Notes under the pieces: model-generated
The model's input: the letters and a program-made list of their open reading frames with translations, nothing else
Database searches by the model: none
What the model was told of the DNA's origin: nothing
Made by a program: the position numbers and the translations under genes
Assembly (NCBI GenBank): GCA_964035545.1
Contig: OZ037766.1
Span: 21,936,767-22,000,766, forward strand
Source of the DNA: Bugula neritina
Lineage: Eukaryota > Animalia > Bryozoa
Length of the DNA stretch: 64,000 nt
Direction of reading: 5' to 3'
Shown here: positions 55,423 to 64,000 of the stretch, piece after piece
Position numbering within the stretch: the stretch's first letter is position 1
How the letters are laid out: every line of letters begins with the position of its first letter

Positions 55423-57221
55423 TGCTAATGCTCCACATAAAACCTGACAGAATCAGTACATTGATTAGTACTCAATAGCTAACTTTAGCAGCCATTGAGT
55501 CTAAACAAATGACTCTCAACAATACCACAGATCAATTGCATTATCCAACCATATGGAATTAAAAGGGGAATTCCCTTTCATTATTAGGTTGGATCTACGA
55601 TATCATAGGTAAATGCAAACAATTATACTAATACTCTATTGGTAAATGTAGTAGTGATATAACTTGTTAGTAGAGCACATGGAATTTCCAACCATCAGAA
55701 ATACCCATAAAAGCAACTACCAGCTACTACTAAACTCGGTGAATACCAGATATACTACATGTACAAACTAGTTCAGCATTTAAGGGAGTGGCTGCCATAT
55801 ATATCATACAAATACTTTGTTAGTCATGTACTCAGGCTAGTTGAGGTTTTATGAATTTTTACTTTGCCAAGCATCTGAAAGGGGGACAATTTTCTTTATA
55901 TTTACTATCTATAGTAAATGGTAATAAAATAACCACAACTAAAACAGCATTGAAGAACAATAGCCATCAAATCTCCTTAGCTAGTATTTAGGTGCAAGAT
56001 TTCTAGAACATAAAATTTTTAACAGTTTGCATAAATTTTGGTTTGGTGTGCCAGTTGTCAATATCGAGAGAACATAACTTTTTATCTAAAACACATGCTT
56101 TTTATTACTGCGCTAACTCTTGCTCACAGTTGATAACTTAGACTACTTTTGACTAAGTTTTATTAAAATACTAATAAATCATAGTCTACTTGACAGACTT
56201 TGTCTTAAATAAATTGATAACACAATAAACTATCTATAGATATACAAGTACCTTGACTTAAAAGTAATATAAATTTATTCTGGAGTTTTTTAGTTCAACG
56301 TGTTACGGTTAGTAAGTTGCCAGTACTCTAAAAACAAATAGTAGTGGAAAAATAACAAAACTCTAAAAACATGAAATTAACAAGTTTGTTACAATATTTT
56401 TGCTACTGTAAAAATTTCAGCATGTAATAAAAATGTCCAAGTGGTTTAACAGTCTGATATTAGTAATAATATTATATTGGAGTGCAGGTTTGATAATGCC
56501 TAGTTATTTTCTAATTTTAATTCAATTGCCTTGGCAACTTTGAGATTCAAACAAAGAAACAACAATATTTGTAGTCCACTGAAAGGTTTTCATAACTTTT
56601 CCCCACTAATCCAGTGTTTGTGGGCATTGGGCATCAAGTTGAATATAGGACTTATGTCAATAAGATCTAGATTCTGATGTTCAATGAGTGAGATCTGTAT
56701 TTAAACTATACACTAAATAAATTACTTGCTAGAACAGGTAGAGAAATAGGCAGAATGACCCTACAAACTGGTACTGAAAGTAAGATATCACAAGAAAACA
56801 AGCAACTTTGAATAATCAAAGGGCTCTGCATTGAACAACAACAAAAGAGAGATTAAGCCTCTTAGAGTTTAGACTATGCATCTGTTGCCTGGAAAGGTAA
56901 CCTTAAAGGAAACAAAATCCATTAAAGAAGTACAAACTGGGAAAGCCATAGCTTTAAATAAAAGTAAAAGAGAAGCACAAAAAGCAAAGAAAAGACTGGG
57001 GCTCATTATAAACATTAAAAAACCAGAAAAGCTAAAAGAGTGAAATCCCATATCAACCAGTGCCTCTGTAGCATATAATGATTTGGATAAAACTCCAGGA
57101 TACTTTACTCAATCCACTGTCTAGGCACATAGGGCTACAAAATCTGTTGACAGTAACGAAATGACCTGAATAACTGGGTACAAAACGACTTGTGTACGCA
57201 ACGACAGTAACCCAGCTAAAC

Positions 57222-57562
57222 GATTTTAGGTAAAAATGGCACAGGTATTAATGGCACAGGTAATCATGGTACAAATGGAAAAGTAGGAAAAATGGCACAC
57301 TGATGTCTAATTTTCCCAAACCCTAAACTCAAACCCTTAAACCCCAACCCCAAACTCAAACCCCCATTCCTAAACCTAAATCCCCATCCTAAACACCCAA
57401 CCCCACTCAAACCCCAATATTGATAATGTGCCTTTTTTTCCTACTTTTCCATTTGTGCCATTATTACCGGTGCCATTATTGTCTGTGCCATTTTTTCCTG
57501 TGCCATTTCTATTGGGCCCATTTCTACCGGTGCCATCTTTACCGGTGCCATTTTTACTGGAC
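57222..57562. mobile_element. Foldback-type non-autonomous element with a telomere-like core
   Basis: Inverted arrays of ggtaaaaatggcac(a) around degenerate (aaaccct)n; flanked by the 12-bp direct repeat acccagctaaac (57210-57221 and 57563-57574). Confidence 0.75.
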
Positions 57563-59490
57563 ACCCAGCTAAACACTAGCACTTAAAAACTACAATAGTT
57601 TTTATAGCAATAGGCCTAGTTGTACTTATACTGAAGTTATAGTATTACTATTACTATTACTTATTGGTAAAACTAATAGTAATACTTTTACTAATACTAA
57701 TAGAACTTTAAACATTAAGTTGGTCTTGCAAGTTATAACACTAACAAGTAACAGTCATGGTTAATGAGTTATATTCATAATTATTAATTTTATTATAAGT
57801 TAATGTATAACTTATAGTTATAAGACTAAGCGTAAAACTGAATGATACTCTTACAGTTACTGATAGAGTGATACTCATAGTCATAAGATTAAGTCTGATT
57901 CCGCAATTGTACAAATAATCACAATTAATTTCTCAAGTGATAATTATAATGATAATAATAATCATTATGATAATCAATAATCCTAATGATAATCATAATG
58001 CCCGTTAATAATGGGTAATGACTAACTCTAAGTCTGATGACTATTAATATTATTACTATTAGTATAAGTATTACTATGTTTATTACTATTAGTGTTATTA
58101 TTAGTATAGCTATTACTATAACTATTAGTATTAGTATTACATTTATTGTTAGTGTTATAATTAAAAATTATAAAAATTACAAAACAATTTTCACGTTGCT
58201 GGTTGGGCTTTGTATAGCCTTAAGGCTTAAGTTCAAGTTTTTGTAATTAAAACAGCAAAGGAACTTCAAAATAAAAATTAAAGTAAAATTAAAACTAAAA
58301 GTAGAACTACTAGTACTACGTCTACTAGATGAAATTCAAATTGAGAATGAGCGACTGTGAGTGTGAGATGGTCATGGTGACTGACTCTGAGCATCATACT
58401 TGCACTGATGGTTACATAATTATAAGAGCAGTTACAATATCGAAATGCACGTAAATTTAATAAAATACAAATAATGAAAGCAAAACTTGTTATAGTATTT
58501 GCATTCCACATTCTGAAATAATTTTTTTATAACAATTTTACAACGCCTTTGAACTTGAAAATTAACATGAACTTGAATTTGACTAATGCAGCTCTCGCTG
58601 CAAGTATAAACTATTATTGCGCTAGAGTTGTCTTACCTAAATCATAAAGGTAGGCTAACTCGACATTTTCCTAACAAGCAACTAAACCGTGGAGTAAATT
58701 TCTGAAAGTTTGAACTACAATAATTATACACATGAAATTTATAAAGATCCTCTTGGTACATAAACAGAGAAATTTTTACAAGTTTGTTGTAGAACTATTT
58801 TCAAGTCCATTATTATGCAAGTGCTTCTATTATCAGTAGATCACTATGTATTTAAATATTTTATGCTAGCACAATAATTTATACTACTTTGCTTGAACCC
58901 TCAATTCTGACCCTAATTTCTGACATTAAAAAACAAAGAGATTTATTTATTTGCAACCAACTATGAGTAGGCTATAGGGCTGGAAAAGTTCTAGCTTTTG
59001 TAAGGTTAATTAGATTGTGTTATGTTTTATATACCTGACCTGACCTGGCAATCTGACAGTATTCGGATACTACACATAGGTTATTGAAGATGGGGTAAAG
59101 TTGTTAACCTGGCAAACAACACAACCATAACCAATTCACGCAGAAATCATGCCATATGCACATTTTTTGTTATGACTTAATGGATTATACAAACTGGATG
59201 GCTGACAAATTAACTTAGAATAAATAAAAAAACATTTAGCTTACCTTGAATCATTTTTGAGGTTTCACAATAATCAAAAATAGGTAAAAAGTTAATTTTA
59301 AAAAATCTGTATGTGTTATGTTTAGAAAATATATAGTCAACATAGTCTGTATAAACATGAAAAGCTGAAAATAATATAATAATATTTTCTTGAAGCTGCA
59401 GTATGAAATGTATCAAATTATATTAAGTGTTCAAACAATTGAAAAGCTGAACTGTAAAATAACCTCACAATTTTATATATATATAACCTC

Positions 59491-59493
<3 letters not shown>

Positions 59494-59575
<82 letters not shown>
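59494..59575. repeat. (TA)n microsatellite; further tracts at 60286-60445, 60699-60802 and 60915-61000
   Basis: Direct reading. Confidence 0.95.
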
Positions 59576-60431
<856 letters not shown>

Positions 60432-60477
60432 GATATATATGTATATAAAAGTAATGAACGATAAAATTTGATTTAAA

Positions 60478-60536
60478 ACACTTTATTACTACTAGTTTCA
60501 TGTGCATAGAATGTACACAATCTTCAGATAAAATGT
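60478..60536 (-). ncRNA. Minimal type I hammerhead ribozyme
   Basis: ACATTTTAT CTGAAGA TTGTGTA-CATTCTA-TGCACAT GAAA CTAGTA GTA/ATAAAGTGT. Confidence 0.78.
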
Positions 60537-60553
60537 TAAGATATGACATCTTA

Positions 60554-60612
60554 ACATTTTATCTGAAGATTGTGTACATTCAATGCACATGAAACTAGTA
60601 GTAATAAAGTGT
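60554..60612 (+). ncRNA. Minimal type I hammerhead ribozyme
   Basis: ACATTTTAT CTGAAGA TTGTGTA-CATTCAA-TGCACAT GAAA CTAGTA GTA/ATAAAGTGT. Confidence 0.8.
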
Positions 60613-60696
60613 TTTAAATCAAATTTTATCGTTCATTACTTTTATTTACTCTGCTCTGCACTGCGTTGAGCTCTCTTTAGTGGTAAACTATACACC

Positions 60697-60804
<108 letters not shown>

Positions 60805-60917
60805 GGTGTATAGTTTACCACTAAAGAGAGCTCAATGCAGTGCAGAGCAGAGTAAATAAAAGTAATGAACGATAAAATTTGATTTAAAACACTTTATTAC
60901 TACTAGTTTCATGTATA

Positions 60918-60999
<82 letters not shown>

Positions 61000-61004
<5 letters not shown>

Positions 61005-61938
61005 CAACAAAACCTACACACCATACACTAAGCCAAACAGTTCTACTAAATATATTCATAGCAAATCCAACCACCCACCAAGCATAATCTCCAACCTATC
61101 CTTGTCTGTTAACAAACGACTGTCGTCAATATCATCTATTGAGAAAATTTTCACACAATCCACTTACAACCACCAAAACTTCTTAAACCAAAGTGGCTAT
61201 AAACACCAACTACAATTCCTACCAAGAACACAAACAGACAACACACAACAGAAATCCCAAAACTGAAAAAGAAAAGTTGTTTGGTACAATCCACCATACA
61301 GCCAACATGTAACCACAAAAATTGCAAAAAACTTCTTTAAAATCATGATTGAGGAATTTCCGAAACAACACCCACTCTTTAAAATAATCAACAAAAACAA
61401 TATAAAAGTTAGCTACAGCTGCATGCCAAACATAAAACAGACCATAAATGCCCACAATAACAAAATTTTAGAAAAACAGAAGCAACAAAACAAAAACCCC
61501 AGAAAAAACTGCAACTGCAGAGAAAAAGAAAGTTGTCCACTGAAAGGAAACTGTCAGGAGAGCAGAGTAATATACCAAGCAACTGTAGAAACCACCGAAA
61601 ACGAACCTGCAACATACATTGGCCTAAGTGAAGGACCGTTCAAACTAAGATACGCAAACCACAAATCATCATTCAAAAACAAGGAAAAAGCAAACCAAAC
61701 TGAACTTAGCAAATACATTTGGCAACTAACAAGCAAAAACATTAAACTTAATTTAAATTGGAAAATACTAAGGAAAGCGAAACCATACAACACAACTACC
61801 AAAAGGCGTAATTTATGCCTATGGGAATGTTTCTTTGTTTTATACAAACCTAGCATGTGTACTTTAAACAAACGAAACGAACTCTTATCAACCTGCCGAA
61901 ACTCAAAAAAATTCTTACTGTGCAACCACAAAACCTAG
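61000..61938 (+). pseudogene. Degenerate RT C-terminus / GIY-YIG ORF (track ORF 61345-61938 is its 3' part)
   Basis: In-frame TGA at 61264-61266; KRRNLC and TCRN replace the KRCNLC and TCRH of the left copy. Confidence 0.85.
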
Positions 61939-62188
61939 AAACTCTCTAGCCTATTTATATTTTATGTACTATAGTAAATAATATCCAAATACCTATAAAG
62001 TATAATCACCCAACAACAACTTCGTGCATCTGCTATAAATTGTGTTTTTACATTATGTGTTTATTTTATATTATATTTAATTACACTTACAAACCTATAT
62101 AACAACAAAGCCACTGCTATGTTTGCGTTACGTTCTACGTTATGTTTAGCATGTTGATTTTCTCAATGTAAAAATTTAAATCCACCAA

Positions 62189-62236
62189 TATTGTGCCTGA
62201 GGAGTGCCGAAGAGGCATGAAACTATTAGCACAATA
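62189..62236 (+). ncRNA. Hammerhead ribozyme motif, probably inactivated
   Basis: Same as 59696-59746 but lacks 3 nt (GTA) at the stem III / cleavage site. Confidence 0.55.
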
Positions 62237-63434
62237 AAACATCTATATGATTAAATTGCTTTTTTCTTCAATAATATAATTGCTCATTATTATACACATA
62301 ATAATTTGAGCACATTTTCATCTGCTGTTTTTTTAAAAACTCACGCTACGACTATTATATATATATATTTATATATATATATATATATATTTATTTATTT
62401 ATATTTATATTCATATATATACATGTATATACATACATATAGATACATATGCGCGTGTGCGTGTGTGTGCAACATCAGTGCTAATTTGTTAAACAGTGGG
62501 TATAAAATGTGCTCAAATTATTATATAGATCGAGGTATAATAGTCAGCAGTTACACAAAATTAAGAAACAATACAATTTGTAGATGTCATTTTTTTTCAG
62601 TTATTGTGCAACTTTTAGATTTCTTATATATTGCAATGTGGTAATTGCTAAATTTAATATTTAGAATTTTGAATAACCTTAAACCGCTATAAAATGTCAA
62701 TCATATTGCAAAACCTAACCACATAGCAGTTAAAATGAGCTGGTTTAAACCAAAGATATGATTACATGAAGATTACACCACAAATAATTTCGATAAATTA
62801 AGCCTCTGTAGTCATCTGCTTTCTGAAATTAGAGTCTAAAAATCAATAGCAAAATTTGATGACTACAAAGCAAAAGTTATAGAAATTAAAATATATTTTA
62901 CAAAAATTTAGGAAAATTTTGATTCAAAATACTTGTTGTGGTTGCATTAAGTTTACCATTTAACAACTTATAGCTGATTGGTATTATAAATAATATAAAA
63001 ACAGTTAATTTTCTCATGCTTCTTATTAGGTGTAGAAATCAGGCTAAATTTATCATGTTTTAATTTTAATTTTTAAAAATTACTTTTGTATAGCTGGGAT
63101 AATATGCACATAAATAGATATTAAATAATATAACATAGTGAGCTTTATATCCACACTATTCAGTTAGCCTGCATAGCGAGGTTATTTCAGCCTGAAGGAG
63201 GGGTGATGTTGCACGCAGTCACCACATTCATCCGGGCGGATTATATGCTGTAAACCTATAATCTAAATTTTTCCGTCGCCGATCCAATTCTTGTTGAAGT
63301 CTTTTTGCCTAAAACAAACATTTTGCATGTAATAATTTAAAATTTACAAACCGCCAGCTTTAAATGCGAATCACCATGACATAAGTGAAAGTTACAAACT
63401 GCTTTAATTGATTTATGGACAGAAACATGACATT

Positions 63435-63588
63435 TAGGAGCAGTAGTGAAGAAATTTCGATAGCCTAAGTTATTTAATTTTATTATTAAATTTTGGTTTG
63501 GTTGAAATTTTTGTGAGAACATAACTTCTTATGCTACATTTCTAATTTAGAACACAGGATTTTCTCAATTTCTCCATTACTGCCCCTA
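63435..63588. mobile_element. Copy of the 16956-17115 MITE family
   Basis: taggagcagtagtgaagaaatt...ctcaatttctccattactgccccta. Confidence 0.7.
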
Positions 63589-64000
63589 CCTCAAACATGA
63601 ATATACGTAATAGATTTCTGTTTACCAAAAATGATGTTTATTTTTGTTTCGCCCTATTTTATATTGAACATCATGCCTTTTTAACTACAATGTATAAAGA
63701 ATTGACAAACAAACTGAAAGATGAGTCATCATACACAGTACAATTGGGATGAGTCACAGTATTAGTTCAACAAGTCAGCAGCTTCAGGTCCAATATAAAT
63801 ACACAACTCAAAGCTTCATTCTCAAATAACTTGACTGAAGTCTGGCAGCTATTGCTGAATGTAATCGTTTTAGAAGTAATCACTTCACTATTAGTTTTGA
63901 AGCATTCACTTAGACTGCCTGCCACCCACGTTCAAGAAGAAGAGACAGAGTTGTTGATAAACACCTTCAACAATCCTAGTGTTAGTACTTCTACAAAGTT

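Larger units (their letters stand above)
61000..62357 (+). mobile_element. 5'-truncated Penelope-like element (Naiad-type): RT thumb, GIY-YIG endonuclease and pLTR
   Basis: YIHSKSNHPP, WYNPPYS, CNCREKESCPLKGNC, VIYQA...YIGLSEGPFKLRYANH; inserted in (TA)n. Confidence 0.9.

Noticed and set aside
61264-61266. In-frame TGA in the Naiad ORF as selenocysteine, since some Naiads are reported to encode selenoproteins
   Set aside because: It falls at an Arg-like position in the basic linker (N*KRKVVW, probably CGA>TGA), the motif cysteines use TGY codons, and the copy is otherwise degenerate
63150-64000. Possible exons of a further gene (for example AKRLQQELDRRRKNLDY... on the minus strand at 63308-63229, and an open plus-strand frame at the window edge)
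   Set aside because: No recognisable homology and the strand is ambiguous

Overview
This is AT-rich, intron-containing invertebrate (probably lophotrochozoan) genomic DNA. It holds four host genes, all on the minus strand: Abl-interactor (Abi; 3' end runs off the left edge), a family-I inorganic pyrophosphatase with an optional mitochondrial presequence, an invertebrate-type dopamine receptor (Dop1R2-like), and a large multi-exon TUT4/7 terminal uridylyltransferase. A young, full-length 7.4-kb Ty3/gypsy LTR retrotransposon (7734-15179) lies just upstream of the Abi start exon. It has identical 305-bp LTRs, an ATAG target-site duplication (TSD), a tRNA-Leu primer-binding site, and a G-UUA-AAC plus stem-loop -1 frameshift signal. 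The most striking observation is an intact extra ORF in the position where env normally sits. It encodes an acidic region, tandem zinc fingers, a basic patch and a coiled coil, which looks like a self-encoded transcription regulator; the LTR U3 carries a candidate palindromic operator. At 59.6-62.4 kb, Naiad-type Penelope-like fragments form a palindromic cluster in (TA)n with four hammerhead ribozyme motifs, three with intact cores. Introns also contain MITEs, a SINE, a long inverted duplication and minisatellites abutting splice sites. Exon coordinates were read by eye and no database searches were run.
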